This document shows positions 28,105-38,006 of a DNA stretch of 64,000 nt, piece after piece; the first letter of the stretch is position 1, and each line of letters begins with the position of its first letter. The stretch is from Chitinophagaceae bacterium (GTDB lineage: Bacteria > Bacteroidota > Bacteroidia > Chitinophagales > Chitinophagaceae): NCBI GenBank assembly GCA_032110905.1, contig JAULVS010000033.1, positions 214-64,213 of the forward strand. Direction: 5' to 3'. The notes below the pieces were generated by a model, which did not search any database, was not told the origin of the DNA, and saw nothing but the letters and a program-made list of their open reading frames with translations. Made by a program: the position numbers and the translations under genes.

Positions 28105-29250
28105 ATGTCTGAAACACAAAAAAGAATTTGGCTTTCTCCGCCGCATATGGGTGGGAATGAACAGCATTATGTCAATGAAGCCTTTGCAAGTAACTGGGTT
28201 GCTCCTTTAGGCCCAAATGTGGATGCATTTGAACAAACACTTAGGGAAGCAACGCAAACAAAAGCTGCTGCTGCACTTACTTCAGGTACAGCTGCCTTGC
28301 ACCTTGCATTGCGCGTATTAGGTATAAAGCCCGGTGATGTTGTCATTTGCCAAAGTATGACATTCGCCGCTTCTGCTTTTCCTATTACCTACGAAAATGC
28401 AGAACCTGTATTTATCGACAGTGAACCGGATACCTGGAATATGGATCCGGTACTTTTGAAAGATGCGTTGACGGAATTAAAGAAAGAAGGAAGAAAAGTT
28501 GCTGCGGTCATTGTGGTGCATTTATATGGTATGCCGGCTAGAATGAATGAAATACTGCAGATTGCAAATGAATTTGATGTGCCTGTTATAGAAGATGCTG
28601 CCGAAGCCCTGGGTTCAAGCTATTTCAATCAGCCTTGTGGCAGTTTGGGAAATCTCGCTATACTCAGTTTCAATGGAAATAAAATTATTACAACCAGCGG
28701 AGGTGGTGCATTAATTGGAAATGATATTGCCAAAGTGGATGAAGCGAGATTCCTTTCCACGCAGGCAAAAGAGCCTTATCCTCACTATGAACATGCTGTC
28801 ATTGGGTTTAATTACAGAATGAGCAATATCGTGGCAGGCATTGGCAGGGGGCAGATGGAGGTGCTTTCTGAAAGAGTGGCTAAAAGAAGAGCAAATTATG
28901 AGTTTTACAAAGGAGAACTTTCAGTTTTACCGGGAGTGAGTTTTCTTACGGAGCCTGAGGGATCTTACAGTAACCGGTGGCTAACAACCATTACCATTGA
29001 TCCGGATAAGTCGGGAGGTGTTCAACGTGAACAAATCAGACTGAAACTGGAGGCGAATAATATTGAATCGAGGCCACTGTGGAAACCTATGCATATGCAG
29101 CCGGTATTTAGTAATGCACGATCTTTTGTGAATGGTATTTCTGAAGACCTTTTTTCAAAAGGACTTTGTTTGCCAAGTGGTACGGCAATGACTGAAGATG
29201 AATTGCATCGAATATGTATGCTAATTAAATCCTTATGGAGTATTGAGTAA
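28105..29250 (+). CDS. DegT/DnrJ/EryC1/StrS sugar aminotransferase (PglE/EpsN-like)
   Basis: IWLSPPHMGG, SGTAALHLAL, VHLYG, IEDAAEALG, SFNGNKIITTSGGG, LCLPSG. Confidence 0.92.
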   Translation: MSETQKRIWLSPPHMGGNEQHYVNEAFASNWVAPLGPNVDAFEQTLREATQTKAAAALTSGTAALHLALRVLGIKPGDVVICQSMTFAASAFPITYENAEPVFIDSEPDTWNMDPVLLKDALTELKKEGRKVAAVIVVHLYGMPARMNEILQIANEFDVPVIEDAAEALGSSYFNQPCGSLGNLAILSFNGNKIITTSGGGALIGNDIAKVDEARFLSTQAKEPYPHYEHAVIGFNYRMSNIVAGIGRGQMEVLSERVAKRRANYEFYKGELSVLPGVSFLTEPEGSYSNRWLTTITIDPDKSGGVQREQIRLKLEANNIESRPLWKPMHMQPVFSNARSFVNGISEDLFSKGLCLPSGTAMTEDELHRICMLIKSLWSIE

Positions 29251-29273
29251 AATTATTGAATAGCTGGTAATAA

Positions 29274-31154
29274 ATGAAACAAAGTAAACCATTACGTCTC
29301 ACGCCTGCACGGATAGTTTTATTTGGCGATCTGATTTTGATTGTTGCAGGATTGCTCACTGCAATCGTTTTGGGTTACCGTATTTTTGATATTGAAAGTA
29401 TTCCGGTATTTACCACATTCGTCAGGGTTTTAATACATGCCGGTTTAGCCATGTTTTTATGGTTTGGGTTTCGGATACAAAGAAGGGTCATCCGTCATTT
29501 TCATGTGCGCGATTATGTACAATTGATTTTTGTTCTGCTGTTAATTCATATTCTAAGCACCACTTTTGACTTTGTTCTTGAAAAAAAACACAATTACTCA
29601 ATTACTATATGGATCATCAGTTATTTTGTTACAACTTTTTATGTATTAACAAGTCGTATTCTGATCAGTTATTTATTTGAATACTACAAGAAAAGCCAGC
29701 AGAAAAGTCAGACTAAAAGACTTTTGATTTTTGGTGCAGCTGCATTGGGTTTGACATTAAAGCGATCAATTAACAATCATCCCGAATCGGAATTCCGAAT
29801 TATGGGTTTCATAGATGATGATCAGCATAAAGTTGGAAAGATCATTGAGGGCTATGAAGTATTTAGTGCAAGTACAGATATCCGTAAAACAATCGTTCGG
29901 TTAGGTGTTACGGATATCATCATTGCGACCAAAACCCTGAATCCTGTCCGGAAATCCCAGTTTTTAAACGACACAATCATATTTAATATTCGCATAAAGG
30001 AATTGCCATCTCTTCAAAAATGGTTTGATTCACATTTTAACCTGAATACGATTCAGCTGATTGATATCAATGACCTGCTTAATAGAGAAGTGATCAATCT
30101 TCAGAATGAAAAAGTTGCTCGTCTGCTTCAGGATAAAACAATTCTTGTTACCGGTGCTGCCGGCTCTATTGGCAGCGAATTGGTGCGAAGGCTTTCTGTA
30201 CACAATGCCGGGAGTATCGTTTGCCTCGATATTGCGGAAACTCCGTTATATGAACTAGAGCAAGGTTTAAAAAGATCAGCTCAGGCAAGCCGCTTGGATT
30301 TTGTTTTGGCTGATGTTAGAAATGAAGAAGCGATGGCGGATGTTTTCGATCGCTTTAAGCCTCAATTCGTTTTCCATGCTGCTGCTTATAAACATGTGCC
30401 CATCATTGAACAATACCCTCATGAGGGGGTACAGACTAATGTAATTGGCACCTGGATTACAGCTACACTGTGTGCAAAACACAAGGCGGAGAAGTTTGTG
30501 CTTGTTTCTACCGATAAGGCCATTAATCCAACTAGTATTATGGGGGCCAGTAAACGCATTGCTGAAATGGTAACGCAATCATTACAGGAAATTCATACTG
30601 ATACAGAATTCATCATCACGCGTTTTGGAAACGTACTTGGTTCAAATGGATCAGTTGTGCCCTTGTTTCAAAAACAAATTGAAAAAGGGGGGCCGGTCAC
30701 GGTTACCCATCCTGAAATGAGACGTTATTTTATGACCATTCCGGAAGCCTCTCAATTGGTTGTGGAAGCCTCATTGATGGGTAAAGGTGGCGAAGTGTTC
30801 ATCTTTGACATGGGTGAGCCAGTTAAAATATATGATTTGGCGATGAATATGATTCGCCTGGCAGGAATGGTGCCAGGAGTGGATATTCCGATTGAATTTT
30901 CAGGAGTTCGTCCGGGCGAGAAGCTTTATGAGGATCTTTTTGCTGATCAGGAAGAGCCTGAACATACCCACCACAAAAAAATTATGATTGGTAAGGTTCG
31001 CAAATACTCCTATGCCGAAATGAAGGTATTTGTTGAAAACATTCGTTCGTATAGAGGTGTGCCATCTGCAGAACAGGTTAAACAATGGATCCGGTCCGTT
31101 GTGCCGGAATATAGCCCTATGAAGGAGATAACTGAAATTTCAAGTGAGATCTAG
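29274..31154 (+). CDS. membrane-anchored nucleotide-sugar 4,6-dehydratase (PglF/CapD/WbpM-like)
   Basis: N-terminal TMs; ILVTGAAGSIGSEL, FHAAAYKHVP, VSTDKAINP..MGASKR, RFGNVLGSNGSV, GVRPGEKLYE. Confidence 0.92.
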   Translation: MKQSKPLRLTPARIVLFGDLILIVAGLLTAIVLGYRIFDIESIPVFTTFVRVLIHAGLAMFLWFGFRIQRRVIRHFHVRDYVQLIFVLLLIHILSTTFDFVLEKKHNYSITIWIISYFVTTFYVLTSRILISYLFEYYKKSQQKSQTKRLLIFGAAALGLTLKRSINNHPESEFRIMGFIDDDQHKVGKIIEGYEVFSASTDIRKTIVRLGVTDIIIATKTLNPVRKSQFLNDTIIFNIRIKELPSLQKWFDSHFNLNTIQLIDINDLLNREVINLQNEKVARLLQDKTILVTGAAGSIGSELVRRLSVHNAGSIVCLDIAETPLYELEQGLKRSAQASRLDFVLADVRNEEAMADVFDRFKPQFVFHAAAYKHVPIIEQYPHEGVQTNVIGTWITATLCAKHKAEKFVLVSTDKAINPTSIMGASKRIAEMVTQSLQEIHTDTEFIITRFGNVLGSNGSVVPLFQKQIEKGGPVTVTHPEMRRYFMTIPEASQLVVEASLMGKGGEVFIFDMGEPVKIYDLAMNMIRLAGMVPGVDIPIEFSGVRPGEKLYEDLFADQEEPEHTHHKKIMIGKVRKYSYAEMKVFVENIRSYRGVPSAEQVKQWIRSVVPEYSPMKEITEISSEI

Positions 31155-31175
31155 AAAAAAAAAATTATTTTCGTT

Positions 31176-32273
31176 TTGAATAAGCCCTTAAAAATGAACA
31201 ATTTCTACAAGATATTACCAGTTTTAGTTTTACTGACAGGTAGTTTATCTGCCCAAAATCCCCGCATGGCGATGTATGAATCTTCTCCAATGTTGGTAAA
31301 TCCCGCCTGGACAGGTAAATTCAATGGTAAAGTTCAGGTAGGAGCGCATACCAGTTTTATGCGTTATGACAATAGCGATACAACGCAGGATCCCCGCATG
31401 ATGCATAATAATTTTTCGGTGGAATACAGAAGCAAGTATGACAAGGAAGATCGCCGTAATCTGAAATACTATGCGTTGGGTTTGAATTATTATCGTTATG
31501 GTCATTCCACCGCGCCTTTCAATGCCAGTTTTATCTCTCTTTCCGGGGCATATCACAGTTATATAGACAGAAGACGAAAGCATAATTTCAGCGCAGGCGC
31601 TCAGATAACTTTTGCCAAAGCGACCATAAATTCCGTTGCATCCGGTGAAAAAACATATTATAATCCTGAAATTTCAGGAGGAGGTTTTGCTTACAGGGAG
31701 TCTGAATTTCTGAACGAGGCTGTATCACACAGCTACCCAGATTTTAATGTTGGGTTTAATTACATGTTCAGGACTCAGTCATTTTCTTTCGAAACCGGCT
31801 TATCGATGTATCATATGTTTTATCCAAAGAATGATATTTTTCAAAAAGATCTCGAAACAAAATTGCGTCATCGCGGGGTATTCAACATGAACTTCGCATT
31901 TGATCTTGATGAAGTGAATACTCTTTTGTTTAAAACATTGTACTGGTCTGATGGTCTTTATTGGTTAAGTACATCTACAGCAGACAGGGGTCAGGGAGAA
32001 TATAAAATTGCCGGCTGGCTTGGGTTGGAACTGGTGAAGTCTCCTCTTGAAACAAAATTATTCAGGGTCAACTACGGCTTGCATACTAGATCGCTCCGTA
32101 CCATCATGCCAATGGTGTCAGCATTTTACAACGATCAGTTCAACCTGCGCGCATGTTATGAACAACCGATCAATAGCAGTCGCTTTGACGCCTATCGTGC
32201 AAAGCGATTTGAACTAAGTCTTTTTGTTTATCTGAACCCTTCGAAGAAAATTATCCCTTACACAGAAGATTAA
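31176..32273 (+). CDS. PorP/SprF-family T9SS outer-membrane beta-barrel (divergent)
   Basis: Signal peptide, then AQNPRMAMYESSPMLVNPAWTG (PorP-like N-terminus); alternating beta-strands; C-terminal FELSL; true start may be a few codons downstream. Confidence 0.72.
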   Translation: MNKPLKMNNFYKILPVLVLLTGSLSAQNPRMAMYESSPMLVNPAWTGKFNGKVQVGAHTSFMRYDNSDTTQDPRMMHNNFSVEYRSKYDKEDRRNLKYYALGLNYYRYGHSTAPFNASFISLSGAYHSYIDRRRKHNFSAGAQITFAKATINSVASGEKTYYNPEISGGGFAYRESEFLNEAVSHSYPDFNVGFNYMFRTQSFSFETGLSMYHMFYPKNDIFQKDLETKLRHRGVFNMNFAFDLDEVNTLLFKTLYWSDGLYWLSTSTADRGQGEYKIAGWLGLELVKSPLETKLFRVNYGLHTRSLRTIMPMVSAFYNDQFNLRACYEQPINSSRFDAYRAKRFELSLFVYLNPSKKIIPYTED

Positions 32274-32398
32274 TGGGTTAAATCTGTTAGCTAAGAAATG
32301 CGCTAAAACTTCTTTGTGTTTGTATAGGTGAATAAGCAAAACGATTAACATTTTATTGAAATTTATCTCTACAGAATTATTTATTAAACAAGATCATT

Positions 32399-33367
32399 AT
32401 GCGTTTAGTTTTTTCGATTTCAATGAGTTTTTTTATTGGCATGATAATGTCATTAAATGTGCATGCACAATCAATTGCTTTTGACAGTGCAGGTACGGCC
32501 GCGTATGCCGGTGGATGGAGTAGTGGCTTAAACGGAGGTGAAGGGTTTAACGCCTGGGTAATAGATGCCGGTGCGAATACAGGTGTTTTTATTGGTAATC
32601 CTGAGAATGATGGAATAGGAAAAGATGCAATCGGTACAAAAGCATTTGGTCTTTATGCGACAGGTTCAGCCTATCTGAATGCAACAAGAACATTTAAGCA
32701 GGCCTTACAAATCGGTGATGAATTATCTTTTTACTGGGCGATGAACTGGGATGCCGGAGCAGGCACCAAGGGCTTTGATATAAAATCAGGCACTGCTACC
32801 ATTTTCAATATAAGCAACGGTAATGCAAGTCCAAATATTATCTCTTCAGCAGAGACCGCTTTACGTCTTTACGGTACAAAACCAATGCTTGTGAAGCTAA
32901 AACGTACAGCTTCTGACCTTTATTCGTTTTCAATGACCGGTAGGGCAGATGGGGAAAACTACAGTACAACAATCAATACCGCTTTGCCTGTAAACGGAAT
33001 TAGTTTTTATATAGGAAATCAAAATTCTACAGCCGGACAGCGCAACATTTATTTCAACAATTTTAAAATAACAGGTGTTACATCTTCTACTATCGAATTT
33101 AATTTGATGAAAAATGCTTCCATCTATCCTAATCCGGTTGCATCTAATTCATCTGTTCAACTAAAACTTTCCAACAAACCTGCCGGGATTTACCACCTAG
33201 CAATTTATAGCGCAGATGGTGCACGTTTGATTCAACAACAGTTTAATCACCCAGGAGGATCTTCGATTCAGTCGCTTAAATTAAACAACCTGCTTCCTGG
33301 TCTTTATATAGCGGATCTTCTTGGGAAAGACGGCCATGATAATTTTAAATTGGTAGTAACGCAGTAG
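32399..33367 (+). CDS. secreted protein with T9SS type-A C-terminal sorting domain
   Basis: Signal peptide; G/T/S/N-rich beta domain; SIYPNPV...GIY...GLY...FKLVV CTD. Confidence 0.8.
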   Translation: MRLVFSISMSFFIGMIMSLNVHAQSIAFDSAGTAAYAGGWSSGLNGGEGFNAWVIDAGANTGVFIGNPENDGIGKDAIGTKAFGLYATGSAYLNATRTFKQALQIGDELSFYWAMNWDAGAGTKGFDIKSGTATIFNISNGNASPNIISSAETALRLYGTKPMLVKLKRTASDLYSFSMTGRADGENYSTTINTALPVNGISFYIGNQNSTAGQRNIYFNNFKITGVTSSTIEFNLMKNASIYPNPVASNSSVQLKLSNKPAGIYHLAIYSADGARLIQQQFNHPGGSSIQSLKLNNLLPGLYIADLLGKDGHDNFKLVVTQ

Positions 33368-33380
33368 CGGAATGAAATGC

Positions 33381-34016
33381 TCAGTGATTGGGGTGCATCG
33401 CCCAGGTAAGAATCAATTCGCCAAATATGTGATAATTGATATTTAGTATTATTGATTCATTTTTATTCAAACTTGCTTTTACTATACCACTGCTTGAATC
33501 CGGGAGTTGGTTAATTGACAGATGTTTTTTGAAATCAACCCCACCTTTACCATCCCATTTAAACATTGTTTCCTTAATGCTCCAGCACAATGTTGAGAAT
33601 CTATCAATGATCTTTTGATCGTTTGTGTCTGGAATTAATCTTTGTTCTTCTGTAGTGAGGTATTTTGATACAAGTTTACTCGCTTTAGGTGTGATCATTT
33701 CAACATCAATACCTGTTTCTGAATTTTCACTTACAATGGCTGCGGCATAATTGGCACAATGACTGATAGAAAACCTGGTGGGGAGATTCGGGAGAAATGG
33801 TTTTCCGCCTTCCGATTTTATCACTGCTTTATGAGGGAAGCCCGGTTCCAGATAAGAAAGCATAAAACGGCTTGCCATGTATTGTAATTGTTTAACCGGA
33901 TGAATGACCGGGACAGATAATCCAGTTTTTTCCTGAAAAAAAGACAGAGGTTCATCGATTTCCCATACAGCCAGACGACTGTGCTTGTTGATTGTATGTT
34001 GATAAACGAGTGGCAT
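33381..34016 (-). CDS. 4'-phosphopantetheinyl transferase (Sfp/EntD-like)
   Basis: GKPFL, FSISH, TGIDVE, WSIKETMFK; likely ATG 34016 (MPLVYQH). Confidence 0.88.
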   Translation of the reverse strand: MPLVYQHTINKHSRLAVWEIDEPLSFFQEKTGLSVPVIHPVKQLQYMASRFMLSYLEPGFPHKAVIKSEGGKPFLPNLPTRFSISHCANYAAAIVSENSETGIDVEMITPKASKLVSKYLTTEEQRLIPDTNDQKIIDRFSTLCWSIKETMFKWDGKGGVDFKKHLSINQLPDSSSGIVKASLNKNESIILNINYHIFGELILTWAMHPNH

Positions 34017-34064
34017 GACTACTGGAAAGCCATTATCTTGCATGGCAACTAAGCGAAGATAATT

Positions 34065-34601
34065 ATGATCCTGTCAGATACACGCATCTTGGAAGAAATA
34101 GAAAAAGGAACCATCTTAATACAACCATATAAAAGAGATTGTCTGGGAAGCAACTCCTATGACGTTCACCTTGGTGGAACACTCGCCACCTACAAAGATC
34201 ATATGATTGATGCCCGAAAACACAATCAGATTGAATACTTCGAAATTCCTGATGAGGGCATTGTACTTTACCCGCATATTTTCTATCTCGGCGTTACGAT
34301 GGAATACACAGAAACCCATGCCCATGTTCCTTTTCTCGAAGGAAAGTCATCTACAGGCCGGCTGGGCATTGATATACATGCAACGGCAGGCAAGGGAGAT
34401 GTTGGATTCTGCGGAAACTGGACACTTGAAATCTCCGTAAAACAACCGGTGAAAGTGTATAAAGGTATGCCGATCGGGCAATTAATATATTTTCCCGTAG
34501 AAGGTCCTATTGCTGTTCCATATAATAAAAAAGGCAACGCAAAATACAGCGGTCAACCCGACAGGCCGGTTGAAAGTATGATGTGGAAGAATGTGTTTTA
34601 G
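34065..34601 (+). CDS. dcd: dCTP deaminase
   Basis: MILSD, SNSYDVHLG, LEGKSSTGRLG, GDVGFCGNWTLE, MPIGQL. Confidence 0.95.
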   Translation: MILSDTRILEEIEKGTILIQPYKRDCLGSNSYDVHLGGTLATYKDHMIDARKHNQIEYFEIPDEGIVLYPHIFYLGVTMEYTETHAHVPFLEGKSSTGRLGIDIHATAGKGDVGFCGNWTLEISVKQPVKVYKGMPIGQLIYFPVEGPIAVPYNKKGNAKYSGQPDRPVESMMWKNVF

Positions 34602-34603
34602 CA

Positions 34604-34665
34604 GTTATATGTTATCTGTTATCTGTTGCTGCTAACTGCCAACCGCTAACTGCCAACCGCCAACT
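34604..34665. repeat. back-to-back inverted 7-bp tracts between convergent genes
   Basis: gttatat gttatct gttatct gttgct | gctaact gccaacc gctaact gccaacc gccaact. Confidence 0.85.
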
Positions 34666-34669
34666 AAAA

Positions 34670-36358
34670 TCACTTCTGCATTTGAGCAGGACTTCTGTTG
34701 CCTTTTAATCCGGATGCATATTTAACAGCCTGGTATGCGTTGATGATACCTCCGGTTTTACTAAGAATTTTGAAATCGCCCTTGTCTTCCGAACCAGGAA
34801 TAGTTGTTTCAAGCTCAGGAACCATTACACTTTTTTCAATACATTCTTTTATTTGCTCAGCGGAGAGTGTAGGGTAATAGGATAGTATTAATGCACTAAG
34901 TCCGGCAACTACCGGAGAAGCCATACTGGTACCTTGCAGAAATCCATATGTGTTGCCACCAGGAATAGTAGAATATATTTTCATGCCTGGTGCAAATACA
35001 TCAACTCTTGTTGTACCGTAGTTTGAAAAATCTGCTGCAATGTCTTTAATAGAAGGGTCACCACTTGCGCCTACCGTGATATAATTGGGAGCCTGTATGC
35101 CATTGTCATCAAATATTGGGTTCGGGAAATTATAGTTTTCAGGTAAGTCGAGGTCTTTGCCATCATTACCTGCTGCGTGAACAAGCAATACGCCTTTGCT
35201 TTGCGCGTATCTTACTGCATCATCTACCCAATACTTTCGCGGAGAAAAGCTTTTGCCGAAACTCATATTGATGATTTTAGCGCCATTGTCTACCGCATAA
35301 CGAATTGCCAGCGCAATGTCTTTATCGTGCTCATCTCCGTCGGGAACAGCTCTGATTGTCATCAGCCTTACGTTGTCTGCAACGCCATCCATACCAAAGT
35401 CATTGTTTCTTGCTGCTCCGATAATACCTGATACATGGGTGCCATGCGTTGGCGTTCCTGCCATTATATCTGTATTACCGTAATATTTGTCATTGAAATT
35501 TTCATAATTGTCTTTGACTATATTGGCTCTGTATGCAACAGGAATCGTACTCAATGATTCAGCTTTTCGTTTTTCACCATTATAATAACTTGTAAATTCT
35601 CCCATGATACTTGTGTTTGACGCACTCATCATATCAAAAGCACGGAATAAATTCATCATGGTCGACTTCGCTTCTTTTTCCTTGCTGTTTTCAGGTTTAA
35701 AGCCGGCTAATTCATCACCATTGTATTCGCTCTTTAATTTTATTTTTAGCAAAGAGTCTGCTTCCATTGAATTTGAGTACATGCTGCTAAGAAAAATAAG
35801 CGTCATTTGTGCTTCAGAAGATGAGGACTCGAGATTGTTTTTCGCACGCTGGTAAATTGCAAACTCTTTTTTCTCTACTTCCGATAACTTTTCTGAATTT
35901 TCAATATTTTCATATTTAGCTTTAAAATTGTGGTAAACACGGGCTGCTTCGTAAGAATCTTCATTTACATTGGATCCGTCTTTGCCACCAATAAAATTCC
36001 ATCCGTAGACATCATCAACATATCCGTTTTTGTCGTCGTCTTTGCCGTTGCCGGGTATTTCTTTCGGGTTTTTCCAGAGAACGGGTTTAAGGTCTTCATG
36101 CAGTGTATCAATTCCGCTGTCAATAACAGCAACGATAACCGTTTTACTTTTAAGCTTCTTTTCTTTCAAAAAATTATAAGCCTGCTCCAAGCTGATGCCG
36201 TAGAGTTTATCATTATCAAGATCTTTTAGATGCCATCCTTTCAGCGCGTCGTCATCTGAACCATTCTTCGTGGTTGACTGGGCAAAGGTGAAAATTTGAA
36301 TGCCGGAGAATAAGAAAGCAAAAAATGATAATTTAAAAAGCTTGTTCATCTGTTTCAT
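34670..36358 (-). CDS. S8 subtilisin-like serine peptidase (secreted)
   Basis: VAVIDSGID, HGTHVSG, AAGND, GTSMASP triad; signal peptide. Confidence 0.93.
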   Translation of the reverse strand: MKQMNKLFKLSFFAFLFSGIQIFTFAQSTTKNGSDDDALKGWHLKDLDNDKLYGISLEQAYNFLKEKKLKSKTVIVAVIDSGIDTLHEDLKPVLWKNPKEIPGNGKDDDKNGYVDDVYGWNFIGGKDGSNVNEDSYEAARVYHNFKAKYENIENSEKLSEVEKKEFAIYQRAKNNLESSSSEAQMTLIFLSSMYSNSMEADSLLKIKLKSEYNGDELAGFKPENSKEKEAKSTMMNLFRAFDMMSASNTSIMGEFTSYYNGEKRKAESLSTIPVAYRANIVKDNYENFNDKYYGNTDIMAGTPTHGTHVSGIIGAARNNDFGMDGVADNVRLMTIRAVPDGDEHDKDIALAIRYAVDNGAKIINMSFGKSFSPRKYWVDDAVRYAQSKGVLLVHAAGNDGKDLDLPENYNFPNPIFDDNGIQAPNYITVGASGDPSIKDIAADFSNYGTTRVDVFAPGMKIYSTIPGGNTYGFLQGTSMASPVVAGLSALILSYYPTLSAEQIKECIEKSVMVPELETTIPGSEDKGDFKILSKTGGIINAYQAVKYASGLKGNRSPAQMQK

Positions 36359-36438
36359 AATTATTTTTTAAAGATCGCCTGCTTTGATCGAAACAATCAA
36401 ACCAAATATTCTAAAATTTCGTTAAGACTAATTCAATA

Positions 36439-37965
36439 TTAAAGGTCAAATTTAATTCCCTGAGCCAGAGGAAGAACAGCTGAGTAATTAATGGTGTTCG
36501 TTTGGCGACGCATGTAGTTTTTCCAGGCATCGCTTCCGCTTTCTCTGCCACCACCGGTTTCTTTTTCACCTCCGAAAGCTCCTCCGATTTCAGCACCACT
36601 GGTGCCGATGTTTACATTCGCAATGCCGCAATCACTTCCGGCTGCAGAAAGGAAGAGTTCGGCTTCACGTAAGTTAAGGGTCATAATAGAAGAGGAGAGT
36701 CCCTGCGGTACACCGTTTTGAATGTCAATGGCTTCTTCAATGGTGCTGTATTTAAGCAGGTATAAAATTGGTGCAAAAGTTTCATGCTGTACAATCAAAT
36801 CAGTTGGCTTCGCTTCTGCAATACATGGTTTTACGTAACAACCGCTTTCATACCCGGCACCTTCCAATACTCCTCCTTCTACAATAAAATTACCTCCTGC
36901 TTCTTTGCATGATTCAATGGCTTTTAAATAAGCATATACGGCATCTTTGTCGATCAGCGGGCCAACATGATTGCTTTCATTCAACGGATTACCTATGCTT
37001 AGTTGCGAATAGGCTGCAGCCAGCTTTTCTTTTACCTGTTCATAAATGCTTTCATGAATAATAAGTCTTCTGGTTGTGGTGCAACGCTGTCCGGCTGTAC
37101 CAACGGCTCCGAATAATGCACCTCTGATGGCAATATTTAAATCGGCATTTGGTGTTATGATGATGGCATTGTTGCCTCCAAGTTCAAGTAAAGTTCTGCC
37201 GAGCCTTTGTCCAACAACAGCAGCTACTTCTTTGCCCATTCTTGTACTGCCCGTTGCGGAAATAAGTGGTATCCGATTGTCGCTGCTCATCCATTCTCCT
37301 ACTTCTCTACCACCAGTTATTAAACAGCTTACACCTTCAGGGACGTTGTTTTTAGCAAACACTTCAGCGACTATATGCTGGCAGGCAATGCCACATAAAG
37401 GTGTTTTCTCGCTTGGTTTCCATATACAAACATCTCCGCATACCCATGCAAGCATACTGTTCCAGCTCCACACTGCTACAGGAAAATTGAAAGCAGAAAT
37501 AATTCCTACTATACCAAGTGGATGCCATTGCTCATACATGCGGTGAAGCGGTCTTTCACTGTGCATAGTGAGTCCGTGCAGTTGTCTGCTCAGTCCCACA
37601 GCAAAATCACAGATGTCAATCATTTCCTGAACTTCGCCGTAACCTTCCTGTAAACTTTTTCCCATTTCATAGGAAACAAGTTTTCCCAGGTGCTCTTTTT
37701 TCGCACGCAGCGCTTCTCCAATCTGCCGTACAATTTCGCCACGTTTTGGTGCGGGCCACAACCGCCATTCAGCAAAAGCCTTTTGTGCAGTATCGATCAC
37801 CGCCTCATAGGAAGCGTGGTCTGCCTGTGTTACTGATGCGATTCTTTTATCGTCTACCGGAGAATCGGAGTGGATGGGTGTGCCATCGCTTTTAAGCCAT
37901 TTGGTACCTGTTGAAATACCCGGGTTTTCTTTTTGAATGGAAAGTGCAAGCAAGAGATCGTTCAT
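36439..37965 (-). CDS. aldehyde dehydrogenase, ALDH7/antiquitin (aminoadipate-semialdehyde/P6C dehydrogenase-like)
   Basis: EGYGEVQEMIDICDFAVGLSRQL, ISAFNFPVAV, LELGGNNA, GTAGQRCTT, GAFGGEKETGGGRESGSDAWK. Confidence 0.9.
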   Translation of the reverse strand: MNDLLLALSIQKENPGISTGTKWLKSDGTPIHSDSPVDDKRIASVTQADHASYEAVIDTAQKAFAEWRLWPAPKRGEIVRQIGEALRAKKEHLGKLVSYEMGKSLQEGYGEVQEMIDICDFAVGLSRQLHGLTMHSERPLHRMYEQWHPLGIVGIISAFNFPVAVWSWNSMLAWVCGDVCIWKPSEKTPLCGIACQHIVAEVFAKNNVPEGVSCLITGGREVGEWMSSDNRIPLISATGSTRMGKEVAAVVGQRLGRTLLELGGNNAIIITPNADLNIAIRGALFGAVGTAGQRCTTTRRLIIHESIYEQVKEKLAAAYSQLSIGNPLNESNHVGPLIDKDAVYAYLKAIESCKEAGGNFIVEGGVLEGAGYESGCYVKPCIAEAKPTDLIVQHETFAPILYLLKYSTIEEAIDIQNGVPQGLSSSIMTLNLREAELFLSAAGSDCGIANVNIGTSGAEIGGAFGGEKETGGGRESGSDAWKNYMRRQTNTINYSAVLPLAQGIKFDL

Positions 37966-38006
37966 ATGTTATTATTGAAAGATGCAAGTTCTGAAAAAAT
38001 AGCTGA

